Shown one piece after another: positions 49,801 to 63,773 of a stretch of DNA of 64,000 bases; the stretch's first letter is position 1; each line of letters begins with the position of its first letter. The notes under the pieces are model-generated. The model was given only the letters and a program-made list of their open reading frames with translations. It had not been told where the DNA came from and searched no databases. Both the position numbers and the translations under genes were made by a program. The DNA comes from Macrostomum hystrix (taxonomy: Eukaryota; Animalia; Platyhelminthes), in the NCBI GenBank assembly GCA_950097015.1, contig CATNEN010000038.1:3038001-3102000 (forward strand), given 5' to 3'.

Positions 49801-52800
49801 AGGATAACAACCAACATCCTACAGAGAAAGGATAACAACCAACAACCTACAGAGAGAGGATAACAACCAACATCCTACAGAGAGAGGATAACAACCAACA
49901 TCCTACAGAGAGAAGATAACAACCAACAACCTACAGACAAAGGATAACAACCAACATCCTACAGACAAAGGATAACAACCAACAACCTACAGACAAAGGA
50001 TAACAACCAACAACCTACAGACAAAGGATAACAACCAACAACCTACAGAGAGAGGATAACAACCAACATCCTACAGACAAAGGAAAACAACCAACATCCT
50101 ACAGACAAAGGATAACAACCAACATCCTACAGACAAAGGATAACAACCAACATCCTACAGAGAAAGGATAACAACCAACAACCTACAGAGAGAGGATAAC
50201 AACCAACATCCTACAGACAAAGGATAACAACCAACATCCTACAGACAAAGGATAACAACCAACATCCTACAGACAAAGGATAACAACCAACATCCTACAG
50301 AGAAAGGATAACAACCAACAACCTACAGAGAGAGGATAACAACCAACATCCTACAGAGAGAGGATAACAACCAACATCCTACAGAGAGAAGATAACAACC
50401 AACAACCTACAGACAAAGGATAACAACCAACATCCTACAGACAAAGGATAACAACCAACAACCTACAGACAAAGGATAACAACCAACAACCTACAGACAA
50501 AGGATAACAACCAACAACCTACAGAGAGAGGATAACAACCACCAACCTACAGAGAGAGGATAACAACCAACATCCTACAGAGAAAGGATAACAACCAACA
50601 ACCTACAGAGAGACGATAACAACCAACATCCTACAGAGAGAGGATAACAACCAACATCCTACAGAGAGAGGATAACAACCAACAACCTACAGAGAGAGGA
50701 TAACAACCAACAACCTACAGAGAGAGGATAACAACCAACAACCTACAGAGAGAGGATAACAACCAACAACCTACAGAGAGAGGATAACAACCAACAACCT
50801 ACAGAGAGAGGATAACAACCAACAACCTACAGACAAAGGATAACAACCAACAACCTACAGAGAGAGGATAACAACCAACAACCTACAGAGAAAGGATAAC
50901 AACCAACAACCTACAGACAAAGGATAACAACCAACAACCTACAGAGAGAGGATAACAACCAACAACCTACAGAGAGAGGATAACAACCAACAACCTACAG
51001 AGAGAGGATAACAACCAACATCCTACAGAGAGAGGATAACAACCAACATCCTACAGAGAGAGGATAACAACAAACAACCTACATAGAGAGGATAACAACC
51101 AACAACCTACAGAGAGAGGATAACAACCAACAACCTACAGAGAAAGGATAACAACCAACAACCTACAGAGAGAGGATAACATCCAACAACCTACAGACAA
51201 AGGATAACAACCAACAACCTACAGAGAGAGGATAACAACCAACAACCTACAGAGAAAGGATAACAACCAACAACCTACAGACAAAGGATAACAACCAACA
51301 ACCTACAGACAAAGGATAACAACCAACAACCTACAGAGAGAGGATAACAACCAACAACCTACAGAGAGAGGATAACAACCAACAACCTACAGAGAAAGGA
51401 TAACAACCAACAACCTACAGAGAGAGGATAACAACAAACAAACCACAGAGAGAGGATAACAACCAACATCCTACAGAGAGAGGATAACAACCAACATCCT
51501 ACAGAGAGAGGATAACAACCAACATCCTACAGAGAGAGGATAAGAACCAACATCCTACAGAGAGAGGATAACAACAAACAAACCACAGAGAGAGGATAAC
51601 AACCAACAACCTACAGAGAGAGGATAACAACCAACAACCTACAGAGAGAGGATAACAACCAACAACCTACAGAGAGAGGATAACAACCAACAACCTACAG
51701 AGAGAGGATAACAACCAACATCCTACAGAGAGAGGATAACAACCAACATCCTACAGAGAAAGGATAACAACCAACAACCTACAGAGAGAAGATAACAACC
51801 AACATCCTACAGACAAAGGATAACAACCAACATCCTACAGACAAAGAATAACAACCAACATCCTACAGACAAAGGATAACAACCAACATCCTACAGAGAG
51901 AAGATAACAACCAACATCCTACAGACAAAGGATAACAACCAACATCCTACAGAGAAAGGATAACAACCAACATCCTACAGACAAAGGATAACAACCAACA
52001 TCCTACAGACAAAGGATAACAACCAACATCCTACAGACAAAGGATAACAACCAACATCCTACAGAGAGAAGATAACAACCAACATCCTACAGACAAAGGA
52101 TAACAACCAACATCCTACAGACAAAGGATAACAACCAACATCCTACAGACAAAGGATAACAACCAACATCCTACAGACAAAGGATAACAACCAACATCCT
52201 ACAGACAAAGGATAACAACCAACATCCTACAGAGAGAAGATAACAACCAACATCCTACAGACAAAGGATAACAACCAACATCCTACAGACAAAGAATAAC
52301 AACCAACATCCTACAGACAAAGGATAACAACCAACATCCTACAGACAAAGGATAACAACCAACATCCTACAGAGAGAAGATAACAACCAACATCCTACAG
52401 ACAAAGGATAACAACCAACATCCTACAGAGAAAGGATAACAACCAACATCCTACAGACAAAGGATAACAACCAACATCCTACAGACAAAGGATAACAACC
52501 AACATCCTACAGACAAAGGATAACAACCAACATCCTACAGAGAGAAGATAACAACCAACATCCTACAGACAAAGGATAACAACCAACATCCTACAGACAA
52601 AGGATAACAACCAACATCCTACAGACAAAGGATAACAACCAACATCCTACAGACAAAGGATAACAACCAACATCCTACAGACAAAGGATAACAACCAACA
52701 TCCTACAGAGAGAAGATAACAACCAACATCCTACAGACAAAGGATAACAACCAACATCCTACAGACAAAGAATAACAACCAACATCCTACAGACAAAGGA

Positions 52801-55800
52801 TAACAACCAACATCCTACAGACAAAGGATAACAACCAACATCCTACAGAGAGAAGATAACAACCAACATCCTACAGACAAAGGATAACAACCAACATCCT
52901 ACAGACAAAGGATAACAACCAACATCCTACAGAGAGAAGATAACAACCAACATCCTACAGACAAAGGATAACAACCAACAACCTACAGACAAAGGATAAC
53001 AACCAACATCCTACAGACAAAGGATAACAACCAACATCCTACAGACAAAGGATAACAACCAACATCCTACAGACAAAGGATAACAACCAACATCCTACAG
53101 ACAAAGGATAACAACCAACATCCTACAGAGAGAAGATAACAACCAACATCCTACAGACAAAGGATAACAACCAACATCCTACAGAGAAAGGATAACAACC
53201 AACATCCTACAGACAAAGGATAACAACCAACATCCTACAGACAAAGGATAACAACCAACATCCTACAGACAAAGGATAACAACCAACATCCTACAGAGAG
53301 AAGATAACAACCAACATCCTACAGACAAAGGATAACAACCAACATCCTACAGACAAAGGATAACAACCAACATCCTACAGACAAAGGATAACAACCAACA
53401 TCCTACAGACAAAGGATAACAACCAACATCCTACAGACAAAGGATAACAACCAACATCCTACAGAGAGAAGATAACAACCAACATCCTACAGACAAAGGA
53501 TAACAACCAACATCCTACAGACAAAGAATAACAACCAACATCCTACAGACAAAGGATAACAACCAACATCCTACAGAGAGAAGATAACAACCAACATCCT
53601 ACAGACAAAGGATAACAACCAACATCCTACAGACAAAGGATAACAACCAACATCCTACAGACAAAGGATAACAACCAACATCCTACAGACAAAGGATAAC
53701 AACCAACATCCTACAGACAAAGGATAACAACCAACATCCTACAGAGAGAAGATAACAACCAACATCCTACAGACAAAGGATAACAACCAACAACCTACAG
53801 ACAAAGGATAACAACCAACATCCTACAGACAAAGGATAACAACCAACATCCTACAGACAAAGGATAACAACCAACATCCTACAGACAAAGGATAACAACC
53901 AACATCCTACAGACAAAGGATAACAACCAACATCCTACAGACAAAGGATAACAACCAACATCCTACAGAGAGAAGATAACAACCAACATCCTACAGACAA
54001 AGGATAACAACCAACAACCTACAGACAAAGGATAACAACCAACATCCTACAGACAAAGGATAACAACCAACATCCTACAGACAAAGGATAACAACCAACA
54101 TCCTACAGACAAAGGATAACAACCAACATCCTACAGACAAAGGATAACAACCAACATCCTACAGACAAAGGATAACAACCAACAACCTACAGACAAAGGA
54201 TAACAACCAACATCCTACAGACAAAGGATAACAACCAACATCCTACAGACAAAGGATAACAACCAACATCCTACAGAGAAAGGATAACAACCAACAACCT
54301 ACAGAGAGAGGATAACAACCAACATCCTACACAGAGAGGATAACAACCAACATCCTACAGAGAGAAGATAACAACCAACAACCTACAGACAAAGGATAAC
54401 AACCAACATCCTACAGAGAGAAGATAACAACCAACATCCTACAGAGAGAAGATAACAACCAACAACCTACAGAGAAAGGATAACAACCAACATCCTACAG
54501 ACAAAGGATAACAACCAACATCCTACAGACAAAGGATAACAACCAACATCCTACAGACAAAGGATAACAACCAACATCCTACAGAGAAAGGATAACAACC
54601 AACAACCTACAGAGAGAGGATAACAACCAACAACCTACAGAGAGAGGATAACAACCAACATCCTACAGACAAAGGAAAACAACCAACATCCTACAGACAA
54701 AGGATAACAACCAACATCCTACAGACAAAGGATAACAACCAACATCCTACAGAGAAAGGATAACAACCAACAACCTACAGAGAGAGGATAACAACCAACA
54801 TCCTACAGACAAAGGATAACAACCAACATCCTACAGACAAAGGATAACAACCAACAACCTACAGAGAGAGGATAACAACCAACATCCTACAGACAAAGGA
54901 TAACAACCAACATCCTACAGAGAAAGGATAACAACCAACAACCTACAGAGAGAGGATAACAACCAACATCCTACAGAGAGAGGATAACAACCAACATCCT
55001 ACAGAGAGAAGATAACAACCAACAACCTACAGACAAAGGATAACAACCAACATCCTACAGACAAAGGATAACAACCAACAACCTACAGACAAAGGATAAC
55101 AACCAACAACCTACAGACAAAGGATAACAACCAACAACCTACAGAGAGAGGATAACAACCAACATCCTACAGACAAAGGAAAACAACCAACATCCTACAG
55201 ACAAAGGATAACAACCAACATCCTACAGACAAAGGATAACAACCAACATCCTACAGAGAAAGGATAACAACCAACAACCTACAGAGAGAGGATAACAACC
55301 AACATCCTACAGACAAAGGATAACAACCAACATCCTACAGACAAAGGATAACAACCAACATCCTACAGACAAAGGATAACAACCAACATCCTACAGAGAA
55401 AGGATAACAACCAACAACCTACAGAGAGAGGATAACAACCAACATCCTACAGAGAGAGGATAACAACCAACATCCTACAGAGAGAAGATAACAACCAACA
55501 ACCTACAGACAAAGGATAACAACCAACATCCTACAGACAAAGGATAACAACCAACAACCTACAGACAAAGGATAACAACCAACAACCTACAGACAAAGGA
55601 TAACAACCAACAACCTACAGAGAGAGGATAACAACCACCAACCTACAGAGAGAGGATAACAACCAACATCCTACAGAGAAAGGATAACAACCAACAACCT
55701 ACAGAGAGACGATAACAACCAACATCCTACAGAGAGAGGATAACAACCAACATCCTACAGAGAGAGGATAACAACCAACAACCTACAGAGAGAGGATAAC

Positions 55801-58195
55801 AACCAACAACCTACAGAGAGAGGATAACAACCAACAACCTACAGACAAAGGATAACAACCAACATCCTACAGAGAGAGGATAACAACCAACAAACCACAG
55901 AGAGAGGATAACAACCAACAACCTACAGAGAGAGGATAACAACCAACAACCTACAGAGAAAGGATAACAACCAACAACCTACAGACAAAGGATAACAACC
56001 AACAACCTACAGAGAGAGGATAACAACCAACAACCTACAGAGAAAGGATAACAACCAACAACCTACAGAGAAAGGATAACAACCAACAACCTACAGAGAA
56101 AGGATAACAACCAACAACCTACAGACAAAGGATAACAACCAACAACCTACAGAGAGAGGATAACAACCAACAACCTACAGAGAGAGGATAACAACCAACA
56201 TCCTACAGAGAGAGGATAACAACCAACATCCTACAGAGAGAGGATAATAACAAACAAACCACAGAGAGAGGATAACAACCAACAACCTACAGAGAGAGGA
56301 TAACAACCAACAACCTACAGAGAGAGGATAACAACCAACAACCTACAGAGAGAGGATAACAACCAACAACCTACAGAGAGAGGATAACAACCAACAACCT
56401 ACAGACAAAGGATAACAACCAACAACCTACAGAGAGAGGATAACAACCAACAACCTACAGAGAAAGGATAACAACCAACAACCTACAGACAAAGGATAAC
56501 AACCAACAACCTACAGAGAGAGGATAACAACCAACAACCTACAGAGAGAGGATAACAACCAACAACCTACAGAGAGAGGATAACAACCAACATCCTACAG
56601 AGAGAGGATAACAACCAACATCCTACAGAGAGAGGATAACAACAAACAACCTACATAGAGAGGATAACAACCAACAACCTACAGAGAGAGGATAACAACC
56701 AACAACCTACAGAGAAAGGATAACAACCAACAACCTACAGAGAGAGGATAACAACCAACAACCTACAGACAAAGGATAACAACCAACAACCTACAGAGAG
56801 AGGATAACAACCAACAACCTACAGAGAAAGGATAACAACCAACAACCTACAGACAAAGGATAACAACCAACAACCTACAGACAAAGGATAACAACCAACA
56901 ACCTACAGAGAGAGGATAACAACCAACAACCTACAGAGAGAGGATAACAACCAACAACCTACAGAGAAAGGATAACAACCAACAACCTACAGAGAGAGGA
57001 TAACAACAAACAAACCACAGAGAGAGGATAACAACCAACATCCTACAGAGAGAGGATAACAACCAACATCCTACAGAGAGAGGATAACAACAAACAAACC
57101 ACAGAGAGAGGATAACAACCAACAACCTACAGAGAGAGGATAACAACCAACAACCTACAGAGAGAGGATAACAACCAACAACCTACAGAGAGAGGATAAC
57201 AACCAACAACCTACAGAGAGAGGATAACAACCAACATCCTACAGAGAGAGGATAACAACCAACATCCTACAGAGAAAGGATAACAACCAACAACCTACAG
57301 AGAGACGATAACAACCAACATCCTACAGAGAGAGGATAACAACTAACATCCTACAGAGAGAGGATAACAACCAACAACCTACAGAGAGAGGATAACAACC
57401 AACAACCTACAGAGAGAGGATAACAACCAACAACCTACAGACAAAGGATAACAACCAACAACCTACAGAGAGAGGATAACAACCAACATCCTACAGAGAG
57501 AGGATAACAACCAACAAACCACAGAGAGAGGATAACAACCAACAACCTACAGAGAAAGGATAACAACCAACAACCTACAGAGAAAGGATAACAACCAACA
57601 ACCTACAGACAAAGGATAACAACCAACAACCTACAGAGAGAGGATAACAACCAACAACCTACAGAGAAAGGATAACAACCAACAACCTACAGAGAAAGGA
57701 TAACAACCAACAACCTACAGAGAAAGGATAACAACCAACAACCTACAGACAAAGGATAACAACCAACAACCTACAGAGAGAGGATAACAACCAACAACCT
57801 ACAGAGAGAGGATAACAACCAACATCCTACAGAGAGAGGATAACAACCAACATCCTACAGAGAGAGGATAACAACCAACAACCTACAGAGAGAGGATAAC
57901 AACCAACATCCTACAGACAAAGGATAACAACCAACATCCTACAGAGAGAGGATAACAACCAACATCCTACAGAGAGAGGATAATAACAAACAAACCACAG
58001 AGAGAGGATAACAACCAACAACCTACAGAGAGAGGATAACAACCAACAACCTACAGAGAGAGGATAACAACCAACAACCTACAGAGAGAGGATAACAACC
58101 AACAACCTACAGAGAGAGGATAACAACCAACATCCTACAGAGAGAGGATAACAACCAACATCCTACAGAGAGAGGATAACAACCAACAAACCAGA
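46824..58195. repeat. ~11.4-kb satellite of 28-bp units (acagacaaaggataacaaccaacatcct and variants), ~400 copies
   Basis: Period of 28 read directly; variants agag/acaa and atcct/aacct. Confidence 0.98.
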
Positions 58196-58537
58196 CTCAG
58201 GAGATATAATCGGCAGGTGCTGAATATGGAATGAACTATCTCAGCGCAATAAAAAATGCAATGCGGAGTCTGAACGAGTGCATAAATGTTCTGGTGTGAA
58301 TAAGGGGACACGTTGGTTTATTTATGCAAATTTTATTCAATTCTTTAAATTTGAGATACAACTAATAGAAGTAATGTCTAAATAAAACAATGAAACAGAA
58401 TTACGCATTTGTGCCAGGCTTATAAAATTGTTGCAATCGTCACATCCTACTGAAAAGTGGTGAGCAATCAGTAGTGCATTGAGCGAGTTCACAAATAGTG
58501 TCTCAATAAAAGAATCGGCGAATTTACTCGGCCAATG

Positions 58538-59565
58538 TCAGTGCCTGCCGGGCACTGCCGGCTTTCCCACGCGCCACAGCGTCGGGTTGGCCGGCCGAAG
58601 TCCCAGCTGGACGCGCCGGTTGTCGGTGGAGCGCGAGAAATAGCAGCCGCAGGTCGGCTTCTGCCGGGTGGCGAACGGTGCCAGCTCATTGCGCCCGCCG
58701 CCGCCGACGCCATCGACCTCCCAGGACAGCGGCGGCAGGGACAGCCGGACAACCGCGGGCGCCGGCGGAGGCGACGGCGGCGGCGGCGGGCCGACTGGCT
58801 CGAAGCCGACCCGACGGCGGACATTGTAGCGACGGCTGAGCTGGCTGCTGAGGCCGAGCTGGTGCAGACGGAAGTGTTCCAGCAGCTGCCAGCTGCGCAG
58901 CAGGGGGTCCTGGTGACGGCTGTACAGGCTGGGAGTGCTGCGGGCCTGCCGCTGCTGCTGCTGCTGAGGCTCGCTTGACTGGACAATTTTCTAGATAACA
59001 AAAAAATATTAATAATAGTAACTAGTAATTGATTAGACAGTCCAAACCGCGCCCTATCCACTCGCAATTACCCCTGCTGGTGCTCGTACATAAGGACAAA
59101 CTTGATTCGGAGTCGGGAATCGAACCCCAGACCTTGAAGCCATGATTCTGATGCTCAAACCACTAGGCTACAACCCGTGCTGACGGGGCGGTCGGCGGCA
59201 GAGCGGTTAACGCGTTTGCCTCCCGCGGAATGGTCCCCGAGCTCGATTCTTCGACGAGGCTGCATTTCTTTGGCCGCGGAGAGAAGGCTTGGGGGCTTAT
59301 GCAATTTACGCCCTTGAGGGCCGAACTCCAAGGCACGGTGAGTGTGTACACTGCCTGACGATGAGAAAGTTAGTGCAGATGTACACACCTTTGTGAGCGT
59401 GTGCCTGCGTACAGTATCTGAGTGCGAGTGTGCTCAGAAGTCAGTGAAATGGGGCAGAATTGTTTCCGCACTCACCGGAAGTTTCAAATCAGTGAAAACC
59501 TTGTCGTCGACATTCGAAGCGTCAACGAAGGCATCGTTGGATTCGCTGACGCAAGCTGCAGTCAT
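58538..59565 (-). CDS. Small hypothetical protein (~180 aa); complement(join(58538..58990,59476..59565))
   Basis: Donor CCG/GTGAGT and acceptor ttatctag/AAA are both phase 0. Reads MTAACVSESND...KLP-KIVQSSEPQQQQ...KPTCGCYFSRSTDNRRVQLGLRPANPTLWR...*. X-box GTCGCCATGGCAAC upstream at 59752-59765. Confidence 0.5.
59184..59462 (+). mobile_element. tRNA-derived SINE (family A), 3'-truncated, intronic
   Basis: GGCAGAGCGGTTAACGCG...GAGCTCGATTC head and shared body. An oppositely oriented tRNA-like SINE head lies at ~59105-59180. Confidence 0.8.
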
Positions 59566-60046
59566 TGCGCTGTGTCGCAAGATGCGAAAGGATTTGCGTG
59601 GGACAAAGTCCTGGGAGCGTCTTCCCCAAATGGGAATTGTCTCTTGTAGGTGTTGTTTTATCGCACACTGCACAAGCCCAGCCCAAACCCCAGCATATTC
59701 AACTCCAGACTGACTCCGCAACCAGCAGCATCGGCGGCCTTAGCAACCAGAGTCGCCATGGCAACCAGGCGCATTATTGTACGCAATAAGCGGCGAGTAA
59801 AACTGGAAAGAGATAAGGCCGAGAACAGAGGGGAGAAGGGACACAGGGATCAGGGATGTGAGGCGGCAAAGTGAGAGCTGGGGGCGGCAACTCAAACTCA
59901 CACTGGGAATAATCCTAGCAGGATGAACAACAATGGGTAGCGACGGACAGTAAATTTTCTAGCGGTTTTCCCCCCGTCCACTTGATACTTTGCAATGCAA
60001 CATCTAATTTTCATTTATCAAATTAATAGCAATTGGATAGAGGGAC

Positions 60047-61053
60047 TGGGATGGGATGAAAGGATTGCGGATCAGCTGGGATGGGAAAGAAGGATTGTGG
60101 GTCAGCTGGGATGGTATGGAAGGATTGTGGGTCAGCTGGGATGGTATGGAAGGATTGTGGGTCAGCTGGGAAGGGATGCAAGGATTGTGGGTCAGCTGGG
60201 ATGGGATGCAAGGATTGTGGGTCAGCTGGGATGGGAAAGAAGGATTGTGGGTCAGCTGGGATGGGAAAGAAGGATTGTGGGTCAGCTGGGAAGGATTATG
60301 GGTCAGCTGGGATGGGATGAAAGGATTGTGGGTCAGCTGGGAAGGGATGGAAGGATTGTGGGTCAGCTGGGAAGGGATGGAAGGATTGTGGGTCAGCTGG
60401 GAAGGATTATGGGTCAGCTGGGATGGGATGAAAGGATTGTGGGTCAGCTGGGAAGGGATGGAAGGATTGTGGGTCAGCTGGGAAGGGATGGAAGGATTGT
60501 GGGTCAGCTGGGAAGGGATGAAAGGATTGTGGGTCAGCTGGGAAGGGATGGAAGGATTGTGGGTCAGCTGGGAAGGGATGGAAGGATTGTGGGTCAGCTG
60601 GGAAGGGATGCAAGGATTGTGGGTCAGCTGGGATGGGATGCAAGGATTGTGGGTCAGCTGGGATGGTATGGAAGGATTGTGGGTCAGCTGGGATGGTATG
60701 GAAGGATTGTGGGTCTACTGGGATGGTATGGAAGGATTGTGGGTCAGCTGGGATGGTATGGAAGGATTATGGGTCAGCTGGGATGGGATGAAAGGATTGT
60801 GGGTCAGCTGGGAAGGGATGGAAGGATTGTGGGTCAGCTGGGAAGGGATGGAAGGATTGTGGGTCAGCTGGGAAGGGATGAAAGGATTGTGGGTCAGCTG
60901 GGAAGGGATGGAAGGATTGTGGGTCAGCTGGGAAGGGATGGAAGGATTGTGGGTCAGCTGGGATGGGATGCAAGGATTGTGGGTCAGCTGGGATGGTATG
61001 GAAGGATTGTGGGTCAGCTGGGATGGTATGGAAGGATTGTGGGTCTACTGGGA
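60047..61053. repeat. 30-bp minisatellite (aggattgtgggtcagctgggatggtatgga variants)
   Basis: Direct inspection. Confidence 0.95.
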
Positions 61054-61455
61054 AGTGGTTTTCGGTTCGACGAAAATAAGATAAAAAAAGTTGTGATGGA
61101 CAGGTAATTCTGATATTTCTCACATAATATGTATATCAATGTCAATAAAAAATCAACTTGAAGCAGAATTCTTACAAAACAAAGACTTGTATGTAATTTT
61201 TCGTGAAATCCATTCAAAAGCAATGCGTAGCAAGCGCTAGATCAGCACCTTCAATGAAGTTTGATTAAAACAAGTCAAGCTAATTTTATAGAATTTTGCA
61301 AAGAAACAAAACATGGCAAAAATATAGTGCGAAATCTGCCACCTGATTGTAGGAATGCATCATATGTACAATGAGTTCATGAAATGTTGAGCAAGGTTTC
61401 TAATAATTCTGAATGAAAAAACTCCCCAGTTGAATGGCGTGGACGAAACGATTTC

Positions 61456-62616
61456 TCAGCGGACGGAACTCGCCCGCTCCTCCTTGAAGTCGGCCTGGTA
61501 CACAGCCAGCTGCAGCTGAAACACCGCGATCTCCTCCGAGTGCGCCAGGGCCTGACGGGCCAGCCGCGACTCCAGCTGCTCCTGGTGACTGAGGGGATGG
61601 CGGACTGGTCACAGACAGACAGACAGACAGACAGCCAGGACAGACACCCATGACAGACAGACAGACAGACAGACAGATATAATGTTTAAGGGATGTAACA
61701 CACTAAAAGTGGGGAACGAACCTCGCGCTGGCAGACCGAGACCAGTTTCTGGCTTGTTTGCCTTCGTCAGTCAGCCATAGCCACACGCAGTCCTCTCCCA
61801 CCACTCTTAGTGTGCACAGAAGTCTCTTTTAAGCTTGCCATTTTTATGGCGATACTTTTTTTAGTGATATGTGAGAGTTTTGCAGCCAAGTCTTTGCTTT
61901 TCTACTGTTGTCAGTAGTCTGAATTGTACCTCTCACACGGGAATCGAACGGCAGGCGTCATTCTCACCTCTCCAATTGTCTAATCCTGGTTTCCAACGAC
62001 TCAACCAGCAGCCGATAATTCTCCTTGTCCGTTTCAGCTCTGGGAATTGAAAAAATGGCGTGCAGAATCGCAAGCTTCACAGATTGCTATAACTAGTGCC
62101 ATGACAAACAACAATAATGAGCACAAACCTATTGAGTCTATTCTCCAGAACAGCCAGTCGATTGTCGTCAGCTGTCTGCGATGCTGGCACAGTCAAGTGG
62201 CTGCAGGCAATGTCCAGCCTGCACTCGCTGGCCTTGCAGCTGACATACTCCAGAGAGCTGGGCGTCCCGCTCGAATGGCTGGATGTCGGCAACAAGGCCG
62301 GCTGCTGATTGGCTGATGCGGCTGCGGCGGCGGCAGCGGCAATTCGAACTTGATTTTCTAGCAGATCGTTTTGACTTTTTAATTTCGCGCCAAGTTGTTG
62401 GATTTTAGCGACTGGAGCACGAATTTGGGCTACCAGGATGTTGCTGCTGGTGTCCGCGGCGGCAAGGTCCTCGCTGTCATTAACTGATGCCGGCTCGATT
62501 GAAGACTGCGCTGACACAACGACAAAGTCGTCCAACGAGTCTGTACGACAGTAGGGGCAGGGCAGCTGCTGCTGCTGCTGCCCTGCACCAGAGGCATCAT
62601 GACCCTGCACGGACAT
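61456..62616 (-). CDS. Coiled-coil protein with UBAN-like motif (NEMO/optineurin/TNIP-like); complement(join(61456..61588,61968..62039,62129..62616)), ends uncertain
   Basis: Frame-consistent GT-AG junctions give ...LENRLNRAETDKENYRLLVESLETRIRQLESHQEQLESRLARQALAHSEEIAVFQLQLAVYQADFKEER, matching the UBAN core YxxDFxxER. Confidence 0.6.
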
Positions 62617-62671
62617 GTCCTAGGTAAGCAACTGGAAAAGCGGAGAAAATTGCCTAAAGCTTGCGGATCTG

Positions 62672-63536
62672 ACAGATTTGGGGAAATGAGCCAGACTCTG
62701 AACCTGAGGATCCGGGAGATTTGGGGAAATGAGCCAGACTCTGAACCTGAGGATCTGGGAGATTTGGGGAAATGAGCCAGACTCTGAACCTGAGGATCTG
62801 GGAGATTTGGGGAAATGAGCCAGACTCTGAACCTGAGGATCTGGGAGATTTGGGGATATGAGCCAGACTCTGAACCTGAGGATCTGGGAGATTTGGGGAA
62901 ATGAGCCAGACTCTGAACCTGAGGATCTGGGAGATTTGGGGATATGAGCCAGACTCTGAACCTGAGGATCCGGGAGATTTGGGGATATGAGCCAGACTCT
63001 GAACCTGAGGATCCGGGAGATTTGGGGATATGAGCCAGACTCTGAACCTGAGGATCTGGGAGATTTGGGGATATGAGCCAGACTCTGAACCTGAGGATCT
63101 GGGAGATTTGGGGAAATGAGCCAGACTCTGAACCTGAGGATCTGGGAGATTTGGGGATATGAGCCAGACTCTGAACCTGAGGATCCGGGAGATTTGGGGA
63201 TATGAGCCAGACTCTGAACCTGAGGATCCGGGAGATTTGGGGATATGAGCCAGACTCTGAACCTGAGGATCTGGGAGATTTGGGGAAATGAGCCAGACTC
63301 TGAACCTGAGGATCTGGGAGATTTGGGGATATGAGCCAGACTCTGAACCTGAGGATCTGGGAGATTTGGGGATATGAGCCAGACTCTGAACCTGAGGATC
63401 TGGGAGATTTGGGGATATGAGCCAGACTCTGAACCTGAGGATCCGGGAGATTTGGGGATATGAGCCAGACTCTGAACCTGAGGATCTGGGAGATTTGGGG
63501 AAATGAGCCAGACTCTGGACCTGAGGATCTGGGAGA
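62672..63536. repeat. 43-bp minisatellite (gagccagactctgaacctgaggatctgggagatttggggatat) x~20
   Basis: Units at 62731, 62774, ... (period 43). Confidence 0.95.
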
Positions 63537-63773
63537 AAATTCAAAATATTGTTAAAATTCACAAGTCACAAGTCACAATTTGTCCAAAAATACAAACCTC
63601 GCATGTTAATCAGGTTAACAATAAAAGTGCTCAGACCAGCTCCAGACTCACAGTTAGAGGACTTTTATAAGCGACCGAAATGGAAGAGAGCATGCAATAA
63701 ACGATCGCAGCGCCTATACAAATGCCAACAATTAAAGGATTTCTGTAACTCTTCAAGAATTGCTTCAAGCCGA

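Noticed and set aside
46824-58195. CRISPR-like array (28-bp repeats)
   Set aside because: Units are contiguous with no unique spacers and no cas genes; eukaryotic satellite.
58489-59067. 192-aa (minus) and 147-aa (plus) ORFs in the track
   Set aside because: The splice-phase-consistent frame is a different minus-strand frame (58538-58990); these look like shadows.
59995-61123. GQLGWDGRIV-type repeat ORFs (370 aa and others)
   Set aside because: Translations of a 30-bp minisatellite, open in several frames; no non-repeat coding context.
62654-63562. 302-aa ORF
   Set aside because: Translation of the 43-bp minisatellite cycling through frames.
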